64,000 nt of DNA from Phoronis australis. Its lineage: Eukaryota; Animalia; Phoronida. Below the pieces are notes generated by a model that saw only the letters and a program-made list of their open reading frames with translations, searched no databases and was not told where the DNA came from. Where the stretch lies: assembly GCA_002633005.1 (NCBI GenBank), contig NMRA01000019.1:874099-938098 (forward strand), given 5' to 3'. The position numbers and the translations under genes are program-made. This document shows, one piece after another, positions 1-13,231 of this stretch (position 1 is its first letter; the number at the start of each line of letters is the position of its first letter).

Positions 1-229
1 TACTACGACTCTGCAGCCAAAAATGTTTGGAGGCGGGAGTGGCGGACGAGCTAAGACAGACGCACGCTTCCGGAGGTGGTACCGTTTTTTTTTTAGTCCT
101 CTCGATTTTCGTCGGCAAAAGGTCCACGCCGACTTTTTCAAGGCTGCTGCGCGCATGTTTCGGGCCGTAAAAATTTCCGCGTTTTTCGCCATTTGTCATT
201 CCAAGCCATGCACTTACAGATCCCATGTA

Positions 230-430
230 ATGAGGACGGCAAACATCCACTGCTGTGCAGTGGGGTGTACTTATGGAAAAAGTCACAACTCTTGAAATAT
301 TCATGAATGAAGGACATCATGTTCCATATTCCATACATTTCCATTCTGTGAAGACTAGAATCCGTGTCAGTGATGTCAATGGCTGTGGCAGAAGAAGCGG
401 GAGAGTTTTTATCCCTGATCATCGTCGAAA
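230..430 (+). pseudogene. Decayed THAP zinc-finger coding remnant (DNA-transposon relic) upstream of the last FAM136A exon
   Basis: One frame from ATG230 reads MRTANIHCCAVGCTYGKSHNS*NIHE*RTSCSIFHTFPFCED*NPCQ*CQWLWQKKRESFYP*SSS. It shows THAP-like CxxxxC, FHxFP, W and RxxFxP motifs with 5 in-frame stops. The terminal CxxHF was not seen. Confidence 0.55.
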
Positions 431-682
431 ACTTCAAACAGATTTAGCAACTTAACCTAATCATACATTGAGCGGGTTAATATGGGATTTGCTCCTCTAT
501 TTATAGATTAATGAACCACAACAACTCGTTAGTTTGTAGCTAAATAAAGTCAATTTACATTCAAACGTTAAGAAAAGGCCACTTAAAATGTTGAAAAGAT
601 TTACTCTGTGCTGCCCAATTTGCCAGCAAAATTTTGTTTTGTCGATTTGGAATTTGGGAAACTTTACTTCAAAACTTTTCAG

Positions 683-892
683 AACCGTTTACAGCGGTGT
701 GCTATGGACTGTCAAGACAGTGCACGAGACAAGATAAGCCCAGGGACCAGTGAGGCTGACGTATCCAAAGTGAAGGCTGAGATGGAGAAGTGCGTATGTA
801 AATGTGCGGATAAACACATTGACATGTTGCCGGGCATGATGAAGAGAATGACGGAGGTGTTGAAGCAGGGAAACTATGGAGCAGCGTCATGA
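683..892 (+). CDS. FAM136A: FAM136A, last coding exon (earlier exons lie upstream of the window or were not found)
   Basis: Acceptor ttttcag at 676-682, then NRLQRCAMDCQDSARDKISPGTSEADVSKVKAEMEKCVCKCADKHIDMLPGMMKRMTEVLKQGNYGAAS*. This matches the FAM136A C-terminal half (DRLARCTMHCNDKAKD...CVTKCVDDHMHLIPTMTKKMKEAL) with paired CX3C motifs. Confidence 0.9.
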   Translation, partial: NRLQRCAMDCQDSARDKISPGTSEADVSKVKAEMEKCVCKCADKHIDMLPGMMKRMTEVLKQGNYGAAS

Positions 893-3800
893 CGTACTCG
901 ACTGCTTAGTCCTGTACTCGGATATAATTTAGATTGTAATCATGTCATAATGTGATCACAAAATATTTGTTTTTGTTAATTTAAATTGTAAATGGCACTT
1001 TGAATGAGTTTGAGTTTTCTGTTCTTCTGAAATTGCGTTTGTTATGCTGTGTTTTCAGTGCTTTAGATACGAATTATGCGATTCTCTTTTTCTGTGTTAT
1101 TTTGTGGTTAACCTCAGAGCTATGGCATATCTACACACTATGTTGAGATTACAATGTAAGGCTTCAATATGACTCACTATTATGGAGTACGGAGTAGTGG
1201 ATTGACAGATGAGGGAATGATATTGAATGTGAACGACGAAAGCAGTTCACAGGTTTTCATTGTCAGGATCTTTTCGGATTAAAAGTCTGATGAAAATTCA
1301 AGGATTTTGGCTTGTTCATCGGGGATTCGTGAACAATTCAGGTGGTCGTGAGCCCAGACGAACACTCTAACAAATTGGGAAGAATTAAAACTTAGCAGAC
1401 TACTTTGGAGGGTAGGAGGTTACTGGAAACTACACAGCCGGACTGACTAGTGCTGTGAGAATGTTTTGAAAATGTTCATAACATTCGCTTGCCCTCACGA
1501 ATCACACTAATTAGTCAACTTGAATTTCTCGACTGACTAATTCTTCATAACATTATGATTACGAAGTTTGGTAATTCATGACAGGGAAATCAGGTCTAAC
1601 AAGTGATTCAGTGTTTATGTACTGGTGTTTAATACATAGGTGTTATATCTTATTGATGAGAATTGGACAGGTTACGATTGCTTTTCCTATCCGTAAGCAA
1701 AGTTTGTGCTATTCAAGGTTTGTGATTTTTAAATATTCTCATCATTCACGCGTTTGTTTACGAGTGTGATTTATTTCTGTTCGTACATGTAGTTTAGCCC
1801 TGAGTAAATGTTTGCATCGATTAGTTTCGTTATGGTTGCTGTGTCAGTGACTAATATCAGCAGGGATGTAATGTGTTGTTACCTGTAGAATTTCAGGTAC
1901 ACTTTATTGAGAAAAGAAAAGTATTTCTAGTATTAAGTTATTATGTAACTGAACTTAATCAGATGTTGGCTTATTCGGTAGAGAGCACTGTATGCAGTCC
2001 TTGGAAACTAACATGAGGATGTAGTGTTGCAGAATGTCATGCATTTTTATGTATCCACGTTAAATCATGTTGCGGTCATGAATGCTATTCTATTCTTGGT
2101 CGATGACTTTTTGACATTTTCACCTTAGTGGCACTTTTGAATTACGTTTGAGTTTGGGTCATTATGAACTAAGTTTGATGAAAGATCTTCATAAAATTTG
2201 GAAGATGTTATCCTGGAGAGAACAAAACTTGCCCAATTTTGGACAGTCGTGACTTGTGCTGTGATCATTATTAGCTCAGTTATATTCCTTTGTTTGCCAA
2301 ACCCTTAGGAAGAATCATGACAGATGATTTTCCATTGATTTGACCATGACCTCAACTGTTATAATGTCCCTTGGTGATATTTTTAGTTTTCTTTGTGGAC
2401 ATCTCAAGATCTACAAGGATTGCATTTGCCAATTTTCGTATGACTAGCGATGCACCTCGTAGTTTGCCAGTGTTGCTCACTAGTGTGGAAATGTTTGAAA
2501 AATGAGCAGGTAACAGGAATGTAGATTGTCGGTCTATGGAGAGCCTCAGCTCTTGATATATGATTTTGTCACAATGTGGTCATATAGTAATCAATTGGGA
2601 ACACCGGCACATGCGACTGTTTAATCTGTAAAATGGACAAATTATTCACTGACTGAAGGATTTTAAAGAGAGACCTAAAATAGAAAATTAAAATCCATTT
2701 TAACTGATGTTTTATTGTAAAGTAATTAAATTGCAAAAATACAAAGCAGGTATGACGATCACCACATTGTGGTCAATAACATACCAATGAAAACTTAAAT
2801 TACACATGACTTTCCTGTTAGCTGACAAGAATTCACATATACCAAGAAATGTCAACAAGCTAAAAGTACCACAAGTGAGAACCCAACTCTTTCACACACC
2901 GAGACTTAAAGATGCATATTAATCTCGAATTCAGCCACATTGCAAATGACTAAGTTATTGACAGGTCTGCGTATTTGGTCAAATATCAGAAACTTCAAAA
3001 TTTTAAGTCTGTAAAGTATACATTTTCAGAAAGTGGAATGCCTGTAAAATTCAATTTTTACCACTCTGCTATTAATTGGGTCACATGACCATGTTTCATG
3101 AGTAGAATTTTGCAAAAATAAAGGTACATTCATTACAAAACAATGAAATCGATAACACGACCAAATTCCATTTGATATAGATGTTCAAGACAAAATTTTA
3201 TAAATGCTGTTACAGTTTCTAAGTTATAATTTCGTTTACGTTTTATGCATAAGATTTCTTTCACGAATACGTCAAAAGTACTATTTTTGATAGCCACACG
3301 TGCAAAAGTGGAAGATTTTAAAAACAATGACTCCAAACGGCTTTTTGGAAAGCACCGCAGAAGCCCAGTTTAAGAAAGTTTTGTGAGAATCTCACCAGCC
3401 ATATCCTGAAATTAGCCAAAGTTGGACATTTTTCTAAGGTACAAGGTGAGATGTGAGTGACATACAGAGCCTTTACTGGTGGTTTCTATGGTAGAAGAAA
3501 ATATGCATACCCACTGGATATGCTCTGATGTGCTGGACTTGGCAGGCATTTCATTGTTAGGTATGTGCACTCTCCTATCGTGATGGCTAAGAACACCGTA
3601 GATGACGGAAAACTAATCACGCCTGTACCGGAAGGTTTTCAGCAAATTACATTTACCCCTGACTGAGCTATCTAAGTCATGTTACTATGTGTAAATAGGC
3701 ACCTACGGAAGCAGTTGGAGTCTTTAATACTTCCAACTCGAACAAATACTTCTGCTACATAATTGAACTTTTCTTTGAATAGCTCTTCATTCCTGAATGC

Positions 3801-4093
3801 CACTACTGTCCATGTATTCGAGGTCAAATCGAAACATACAGTGAGAGGAGGAAATACAGACAGGAGACCTGTTTAAGCACAAAATAGCATCTGTAAACTG
3901 ACTCTCAGATCTCTAGTTTCATGAGAAAATTGACACATAGCAATATATTTCTAGTTGACATTCACTTATTAAACAGCTAATGAATTCATAATGATCGCTG
4001 ACTTATTCAACACCTTTCACTAAATCCAGAGTTCAAAGGTCAGTAGCTTGGAAAATCTGGCTCACGGATACAGCAACACCTACACTACAGCCC

Positions 4094-7000
4094 CTACCTA
4101 ATATTTGAAGTAGTTTGCTCTAAAAATGCTAAAGGTCCTTGAGGGTATCCCTGATGCACTTGAGGTGGTGGAGGTATCTGTGGCTGTGAAACAGTTCCAT
4201 TGTAACCTGCCATAGGGGGTTGCTGTGGAAACTGCTGACCTTGACCTCCATACACATTGCCTGCTGGCTGGAATTGAGGACTCTGATTGGCTGGTTGTGA
4301 ACTCTGACCTTGCTGTTCCTGGCCACCCTGGGCGTTGCGCAGCATGACTTGCCACTGCTGGAGTTTATCATAATATTTCTGAATAAGAGCGTCCTTTCTC
4401 ATAAGTTCAACTTTAAGTTCATTTATATCCTGAAATGAATTCCGTCCACACTGTCAATGCGAGAAGGCAACATGGGTTAAACACATACGTTCAAATCAGG
4501 GCTGAGTTTTGTGGATCCAAGAATTGTACAAGTAAAGAAAGTGCGATTAAGTACTTTGCTTCTAATGCATGGCAATATATTGTGAAGAATTGCATTTTTG
4601 CGAGCGTATTGCATCTACAGAATGGGCACCAGGTCTGTTTTTTAAACACGCGTTCAAACCTGGTCCACGTTATTTTAAACACGCACTTTCAAATTGGGGA
4701 TACATATTTAAACACACACATTTAAATCATATCTGTGTTATTTAAGCAAATACCTGCTTTGAAATTAGTACACAAGAGAAATGTTCCACATGTGTCAAAA
4801 TTCTTTGGTAAAAATGTTGGAACCTACAGCATAAAATATTAATTTATTGGGTTAACTTGAAGTGAAACTCTGTGTAATTCTTTAAAGCACGTTAGCACAT
4901 TAAGTGAGCTTTTGAAGTGTTTCTTTCAAATGTGTTCAGGAAATTACACCTTCTTTGAAGTTCTCAATGTATATACTCCATTAACAAAAAACTGCATTAT
5001 ACAACGAAAACAAGCACAAGAGCACACCACCATGACGGGGAAATGGTGTTTTGTACGATTACTTTAATGCTGTAAATGCATGTATTTGAGAGCAGCGGCA
5101 GAGACAAAATGATTTAAATGGGTCAACAGTAACAAAATTAATGCTAATAGACTTACCTAAATCATAAAGAACTCTTAGACTATTCTTCAAGAACTAAAAA
5201 TTAATTTCACTAGTGTCAACCACTGAGCTAAAAGCAACAATACCAACAAATACTGAGATCATCTTGCATGTTGTGCGTTTTCGTAAAAAATGGAGAAAAT
5301 TGAAGTTATTATAAAAAACGATTTTGCAGATTCTTAGACATGGATAAATGCACTTTCTTAAAACACTAAAATTTGTAATCTGATGCAAAAATAATTGTCA
5401 CAGAATTTTGAATAAGATAGTAGTCTGGGTTCAATACATCTTAAAATCAAGACAGTCATATACTGCACATGGAGTACTTCTTGATGTTTGAAAATTCATC
5501 AAATTGAAACCAAAGCCTATTTCAAAATTCCAAGACACAATTTTTGCACTTAATTAAATATCAACACTTCAATGTTTTAAAAAATATATTAAGAAACCAT
5601 ATCCCAGAAATATTTTTTGTAAAAAATTTTGATTTTTGCGAAAAATGAGGAAATCATATGTCACATGGGAAAATCTCAGTTATTACCGCTCTTTCGGAAA
5701 ACATATATTTTTATGGGGTTTAAACATGTTCAGTTAATTTTGGGATACTGAAGAATTCAGTTCTTCACATTCCGACTTGCAACTAAGGGTCGCATAACTG
5801 CCTACCTCCTTGACAACATTTTGAGGGTTGTGGTGAGAGAGAACGAGTCGTTTCTGTACAAAGAACTGATCCAGTTGGCGAGCTTTCTCAAATAAGTGCT
5901 GTATGCTCTGTTCAGCATCTGCAAAAATACACTTCATATTATTAGGTAGACAAGTGTGCTATCCATTTTTTTCAAATACTAAAAATCGTTAATGAAATTC
6001 CATTAGTGACTGCTGAATGTATTGACTCACTCCTTCCTCACGTGTGTACAAAACAGTACGTATCCAATTGGTTCTCTAACTGCGGGACTCCTGCAACTGA
6101 CAATGGTCGCCACCTAGAGGTGGTCATGCATTTCTCAACGGGCATCAACGAGTTTCTCAAAATTGGGGAACTAAAATGACTAGTGCCAACTAAGACTTCT
6201 TTAATTTTATTAGAGCCCTCGAAAGTACGAAGGTCGTCATTTGTGACCTGGACTAAATCACTCGGCTCACACACAACCTTGATGACCAAAGATAGCGCTA
6301 CTGGGCTCGATGGGCTGCCATTGGGCGATGCGACTTGGCTTGCAGGAGTTGTAACGCACACATGAGTGACTAATAAAATTGGCCAAAATTCTGGCTTGCA
6401 TTTCCAAATTTCAGGTGACATGTATGCAACGTGCAGCTTGTTACATCCAGGCCTACTTTAATATGCTCACAGCAATAAAGAGCTCATCAATATCAACAGC
6501 CTGTTCATTTAAACTTTGATTGTTGCTGGAATCATAGACTATAGTACATGGACCACCAACTCCGTATACTTTCATTGGACGAATCTGTGCTCTTACGCAT
6601 AAGCCATTACGTCATTATCCACTAGCGACACCTGGCCAAATTATCTGGTGTTATTTCGGCAAGTACGTCGTCTGCTAATCATGGTCGGATGTTGTGTGGT
6701 AGGGTGGCAGTAGCATTGCTAAAAGTACTCCCGATACCAACGGTTCTATTATTGGAAGACCGAACAGCGTTTTAATGCTGAAATAATGGACAGTAAAGTA
6801 GCTCCGAGAATTTCCTGTCACAATACACTAACCGGTAACTGCACCAGATAATTTAGGAGAGTGGTGCCTCTTCTAGGATGGTACACAAGAAAATGTCAGA
6901 GTTGCAAATCTGTTATCTATAAACTATGCTGGAATTTAGCTTATGTGACCATGGAATCATTTTGCCAACCCCCCCCCCCCCCNCCCCGTATACTTCCCCT

Positions 7001-8892
7001 AGAAGACGGTTTCATCTTATTCAAGAAAACTTACTTCCTTTGATTTCAATCATGTCGGCGTTACCCACATTTTCCTGATTTACCAAGCTCCCAAAGCAGT
7101 TCTGCAACAAAAACACAGGTAGTGAGAAACATGTAATGCCAATTACAATTTACAGGTCCAGTTCAAATCCCAGGTAAAAACTGGAGGCAATGTTATTCTT
7201 CTTGTGGCACAGGATTTAACAATAAAATAAATGGAGATTGTAGCATTTACAAGAGAACAGGTCGTCCTGCCCTATCAAAAATTGAGCACACATGTAAGAC
7301 TGCAAATTTGATTATCAGGGAAGAGCTTTGGCACTTAACATAGTAATGTAGTGGAATATTTTATTGCTTCAAACAAAAATCTCAGTTTACTACAAGAACT
7401 ACAATTACACAATGCTTGATTTCCTGCCAGGTGACACCATTTAAAAGCCCAGCGAAACATGTTTTACATCAGAAAGTGTACAAAATTGATGCAGAAGCAC
7501 AAAGTACGGTGGAAAGGAATCCAAAATGGGTCGATTCATGCTAGTAGTAGTTCACTACAACTCTGGCTGTAAAGAGTTGCATTTGTGGCTTGTTGTTAGC
7601 CGTAGTGTTCATAGCCTGCGTAACCAATTGCTCTCGCAGGAGAGGTGGGTCCTTCAAGTAATTGTCTACACCTTTTATCATTTTACGATTGTGAATGGAT
7701 ACCTGGCTAGTTTGGCTTCATTTACCAGTTTCGCTAAGTTGGGAATTGCGTTCACTTGGCATTTAGCCACTGTTAAAATACAGTAGCCAACCACGTGACA
7801 GGCCGCTTTAGCAAGCACACCAAAACCCTGACCCATTCACCTGCAAACCTCAACAAACATGTCAATATGGGCAACAGCACATCTGAACACTCAAACATCA
7901 TAGCGGCAACTTCCTAACTCTGATCTGCTGCTCTACAGGGATTCTAAGCAGGATGTGACCTAAACATCCAAGTGATGTCACTACGGTAGATGCACTACTG
8001 TGGCATTTAATATCCAGTGAAAACTGGTTCCTGACAGCCTTTTCCTGAAAAGGTGTCCATCTGCATTTAAAAAAGTTGGAAAGGTACGTTTAACAACATA
8101 ACTACTAGACTTAAGCATGTTTTACATAAAATTATTCGACATAGAAGCTTGATAAGGATCATCTTGGTCTAAAACGAACATTGACATTGAATGAATGATG
8201 AAACGTCTGACTAGATTACACATAGTGTACCTACTGGTAATTATCAAACGGACCATAAATATCGGACATTTCATAAAATCTTACTCGAACCATATTAATA
8301 TGAGAGATAAATGACACCATTTTTTGTTCTGCTGTAGTGCATTCAATGTCGGAAACTGTCTCGCTTTTTACAACATTGCCTCATTTTGATTTCACCGAGA
8401 GAGGGTGCAATTTAGACCCCCAACTGGCCCGAGTCGGCCTAAAATGGACAATCGACTAGTGCCCAATCAGCTGCCTATTATTATTATGCTTATATTCACG
8501 ACTTAGTTTAGGTCACTGTAGTCTAGTAACAGAACTATTCCAAAAAGGTAAGTTTTTAGTTCAGAAAAAGATTTACAACAATCCGTAGTCCGTAGTATTT
8601 CCAATTAAATATAATGCAAAATGTGCCAAAACGTCCGATGATTAGGTTGCTTGACAGTAAATCGCCTGCTTGTAATTATGAAATCACGCACTGCCACACT
8701 GGAGTGGAAAATGGAGTGTTCGTGTAGACCTACGGGTAGAACTAGGCTACCAGACGCCACATAAAGAAAACTAATGGTAGTTATTTATTGAAATTTGAAA
8801 TATGTAATGTTAAATGGTAAAATAAAACGTGCAGTCACCTGGAAAGCTGTTTCAAACTCCTCAACGGGGTTTTTGTTTTCCCCAGCCGCCAT
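4094..8892 (-). CDS. MED28: Mediator of RNA polymerase II transcription subunit 28 (4 exons, ~189 aa)
   Basis: Exons 8892-8839 (MAAGENKNPVEEFETAFQ), 7101-7035 (NCFGSLVNQENVGNADMIEIKG), 5918-5806 (AEQSIQHLFEKARQLDQFFVQKRLVLSHHNPQNVVKE) and 4429-4094 (DINELKVELMRKDALIQKYYDKLQQWQ...PQGPLAFLEQTTSNIR*). All introns are GT-AG and phases are consistent. Motifs match MED28 (FFLQKRL, ELQRKDAL, PQGSLAYLEQ). Confidence 0.95.
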
Positions 8893-11800
8893 TGTAATGA
8901 AAAGGAAGCAAATTGCGTTGTTGACAAAATCTGATTGAAGTGATTTGTGCTGCCCTCTTTTGATGATGCCTGGTGTTGCGGTAAAAACATTGTACAAAAT
9001 CGTGAGAAAAAAGCAGAGCTGGCATGATAGTTTTTATGTTTAATTGATAAAACTTCAATGAAAGAGCTCTGAGGAGGGTCACTTGGCGAAATCAAATAAA
9101 CTTTACGAGTCATTCCACGAAACAATCAAAATTTAAACAAAGTTCTTTTGTGACTTGTTGCTTGGAAACAAACAAAAAGCCCACTTTCTTATATTATATT
9201 TTCTTTGTCAAACATCAAACTGATGGAAAATATTATTTGCCACTGAAAACAGGCATTTTCGTTGATTTCTGGAGTGTAGGCCTAATCAGCCCTCAACGGC
9301 TCTACTTTTCCCATGTGATTTAAAAATGGAAAGTCGTAAAACTGCAAGAGGATTTCGGACCTCGCAACCTAGCTATAGTATAGACCAGAACGCGTGTGGT
9401 CTTGCATTGCGCCACCAGTCTTCCTACTACTACAACACCGTGCTAAGAGACATATTTGTCAGTAGTCAACAGCGTTCGCGCGCGAACATGCTTCTTTCCA
9501 TGTTTAATTCACTCTTTATATTTTGTGCATCCAGTTCGTAGCAAAAGTGTTGGGTTTACACCAGCCTTTAGTTGCCAAAAGACCAGATCCATATTTCGTA
9601 TTGGTATTAACCACTGACGCTCTGGCTTTGCAAATCTTCATGTTTGACAAGAGAGAATTACGAGTTTATGAGTGATTCACTAAGGCTTCGGTTAAAATTT
9701 ACATCATTACCAGCAGCTTCTTTTTCTTCATCGTAACTCAGCTTCTGTTTATACTTTGAAAAGGAAGTGATTTTCGTCATTACACAGTGGAGCAGACGAT
9801 AGAAACCGAGTGGTAGTGCACAGCGCTTCCGCTGGTTGCTTGGAATATCACGTGCATGTCGACCGGGAGCGGCATTCTAATTCAAAATTAGCCCGTAGTT
9901 ACCGCCGCAGGCTACGATTGCACCGGGTGTCCGAGGCGCCGGACACTTGAAATCGGGGCCGAGCCCCCTCCCACACACACGCACACTGACTAAAACTCTA
10001 CACATTACCAAACCTTGTTTAGGCCGTATATTGTTAATTACCGGAGTTAAATCATAAGCTCGATATTTCCCCCACGCTTTTGCTGCCTTATTTTTTGCGG
10101 CCGCCAAGGGTGGCCCTAAATCCGCCTTATGAAATGTATCTAGAAATAAGTCAATTAAAGAACAGTCAACTAAGCATTAAATCTCGAATAACTCTAGAAC
10201 GACAAATTGTAGCAACAAACGCCGTAATTCTGATAGCAAAGGGATCTGTACCCAAACCAAATTTCAAACAAATCGGCTAAGGCCGGGACGCCAAAAGATA
10301 CGTACAACTACCTCCGAGTGGAGAGCAGTCATCAGAAAATATCGAATAGCTCGATGACGATGTCCTAGAGAAAAACAAATGGCACTGCACCGATAGCCCG
10401 TGGAATGATCTATTCACAGTAAAAGTTAAAAGTTCCCACCGCAGCGGTAGCTCCGCAAACCAACTGAAAACACTGAAAATGGTCTCCACAACGCCATCTT
10501 ATGTCCGATTTCTAACAAGAACAGGTTTCGAGCTATTCACAATTGAATACATATATTTTGTGCAAATTTCACACTGATTGGACCCGAAATGCGACCTTAA
10601 TCGTGCGAACAAAGCCAAACAAAAAACGCACAAAAAACAAAATTTAATAAAGCAAGACTTGGAAATTTTTTTCACCATAGTTTGACGCTTTTTTATAGGA
10701 ACGCAAGAATTTCTCATGTACCAGAAAAGTTGCTCAATCAACCATCGCTCTCCTCGGACACCGAATCACATTCAAGTTCACCAGTGGAATATTTATCAAT
10801 CGACAATCATGCAAGGCCGAAACGAAGTTCTCCTGGTTTTGGTATGCACCTTATCAACGGGTGGGGACAGTCCGCAGTGCTGATGCTACACGTCAGTCCC
10901 TTTCTATCGTGGGTCGTTCGGGGGAAAATGTTGCCTTTAGACACCAATGACCGAGACGTCGCTGGTGTTTTACGGCCGAAATCGTTATATCCAGTGGGGA
11001 AGTGGTTTGTAGGTTATCTCTTCCTGGTTACATGAGCTATTGTGACTTTGACTAGATTTTAGCAAGGTCTAAGCGTAGGTCCTCGGGTTACTGAACGCCG
11101 GGAGGCTGAATGAATCTCGGTGACCACGTAAAATGACATCAATTCTCTTGGTTATGTAATACTAGTGGGAGGCTCTATCCAAATCCTTTGTGTAACTACA
11201 CAATGCCTGAAACAACTTGGAACAGTCTATTGGTGCATAGGTACGCTTTGAGTAACAGTTCAGAGATTTTAAAGTAAAATATTGCATCGACACACAACTT
11301 CTGGCCTGCACAACGAACAACAATGTGTCATCAATTTTACGAAGTGTAACCGGATGGTGTATCTCATGAAGCCAGCCAGGAAATGGTGACAGTCTTTATT
11401 CAAGAATTTTGAACCACGCTACTGTAAAAGTAGTACCGTCCAAATTTCAGTAGTCAGCAAACCAATGTCCCCGTCACAAGAATCCTTTTTGACAAAGGAA
11501 TGTTCCTGTATTAGGTGTGTCCGGACTAAAGCACCCGCACCCCACGACTTCATGAATGAGAATTTGGGAAGTCTCGCGAGTCAAGGAACGTAAATGATGA
11601 AGTTTCCTTACTGGATGTAACACCACCACCTCCTTTATGGCGAAAAGTCGCATAGAGCGCAAGGTAAGAAAAGTTATTTTTGCTTTTAATTTAAAAACCA
11701 GCTTCAAACATGTTAGACCTTTTCGATCGACAAGCCTGGCCCGCAATCACGTGGGCGGTAAAACAGGTCTACGTACACAGTGGTCTCTTAGAAATTCATT

Positions 11801-13105
11801 AATCCACTGACCTGTTGGTATATATTTTGCGAGCCACTTTGCCAAGTCGCTTGTACCCTTAAATCTACTCCATTTCCATCCGGCACATCGCACCTGCACC
11901 GTATTCAGTGATAATTAGTAACATGCACCATCTCAAGAACGTGAGTTGTCAATGGGTGATAGGTACCGATGTCGGTTTGCCAAAACAGTAACTTAGTCTG
12001 TTCTAGCTGTTTGTATTCATTGCTCGTGATCTGCAATCGAATGCAGAACCCACCTGCTTTTAGTCGCAGTTTTATTCTCAAGTACAGTTAATGCAGCGTT
12101 CACTGACCCTTTATTGTATCTGCATTAGACATTCCCTACATGTAGCTGCGTGCAGTATCGTTGATGTCAAACGATTAGTGGTCGACATTTGCCTAAATTT
12201 TGATGAAATTAAGAAAATGAACAACATAATACATTGGATTTACAACATTAATGCACACACATGTCTCAGTCATAGTTCTCTGTCCCTGAAGTCAACATAT
12301 GTGGCCATGTGAGGACGAAGAAGTGCAAGTATGTTTAGTTGACGGTTGATGAGTATCGCTTAAATGAAAGACGATAAAACTGCACAAGTGGACAGATAAA
12401 TGAAATATCTTGGGGCACGTGTGGTTCACTCAACGGACGCCGTTAGCAAGTGATTACAGGTGCGTGTTGAAATGCGAACCAAATATCGCTTTAATTCACA
12501 AAAGGTAGCGAGGTCATTGACCACCGAAACGATGGTGAGTGGATGAGGCAAAGATACTATATCTCACTTTGGTAACTATAACATCTTTGGATGAGGGCGA
12601 AGCCACCAGACGGCGTCGCAAGATCGGACGATCTCGTCTTCTGTCCTAGCTGTATTTGGCGTGGACGTGGTTCGATCAGCGCATGGAACCGGCTGGAAGA
12701 CGATAGTATTCTTGATTCTTTGGTAGACACGACCCTGGCTGGATGGCAACAGCATCGTTGGCTTTTTGCGTAGTTTGTGACTTACGTGAAGCAAGCTTAG
12801 TGGCAACAGCTTTCATGCTTGTCGTAGGTTGTCTTTGTACTGCCCCGTCCGGACAGTTTGACCACCGAAACGTACATGTATGCTTGGCGTAATTTATAGG
12901 TAACTGAATACCATCGGAAACCTCAATTGCGGTTATTCAAAAGGTGTTTTAAGTATAAATTGTCAACCAAATGTTTAACATCCTGATGAGTTCAAACGCA
13001 TTATGCCCAAGAAAGTTTTAAAATATTTAGAAATATACCCAGGCATTTTAATCACATGATTGCTTTTTTGATAATAATAACCATAGAACTCTAGCCTTGT
13101 CTCCG

Positions 13106-13231
13106 GTTCAGTAACGCTAGGACCTCGCTAAAAAGCAAGAATTCTGGAGATTACGTGAGACATTGCCGTGTATTTTAAGTGAGAACTTGAGACTTTGGCT
13201 AGATTTTCGTTAGGTCCTAGCGTTACTGAAC
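13106..13231. mobile_element. Short MITE-like element with perfect 20-bp terminal inverted repeats
   Basis: gttcagtaacgctaggacct (13106-13125) and aggtcctagcgttactgaac (13212-13231). Degenerate related copies at ~11043-11098 and ~14514-14644. Confidence 0.6.

Noticed and set aside
230-430. Selenocysteine or stop-codon recoding explanation for the multiple in-frame TGA codons
   Set aside because: A TAG is also present, the TGAs do not fall at Cys ligand positions, and no SECIS was recognised. Pseudogenisation is simpler.
2685-2730. Possible overlapping poly(A) signals of the convergent FAM136A and MED28 genes
   Set aside because: Several alternative hexamers exist on both strands between 892 and 4094, so the transcript ends cannot be assigned from sequence.
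9480-9790. Minus-strand LKAGVNPTLL resembling the THAP AVPTIF box
   Set aside because: Isolated short match with no upstream zinc ligands in frame.
10270-12900. Short GC-richer ORFs (10682-11035, 12576-12806 and others)
   Set aside because: No recognisable domain and no consistent exon chain. Probably repeat-derived or non-coding.
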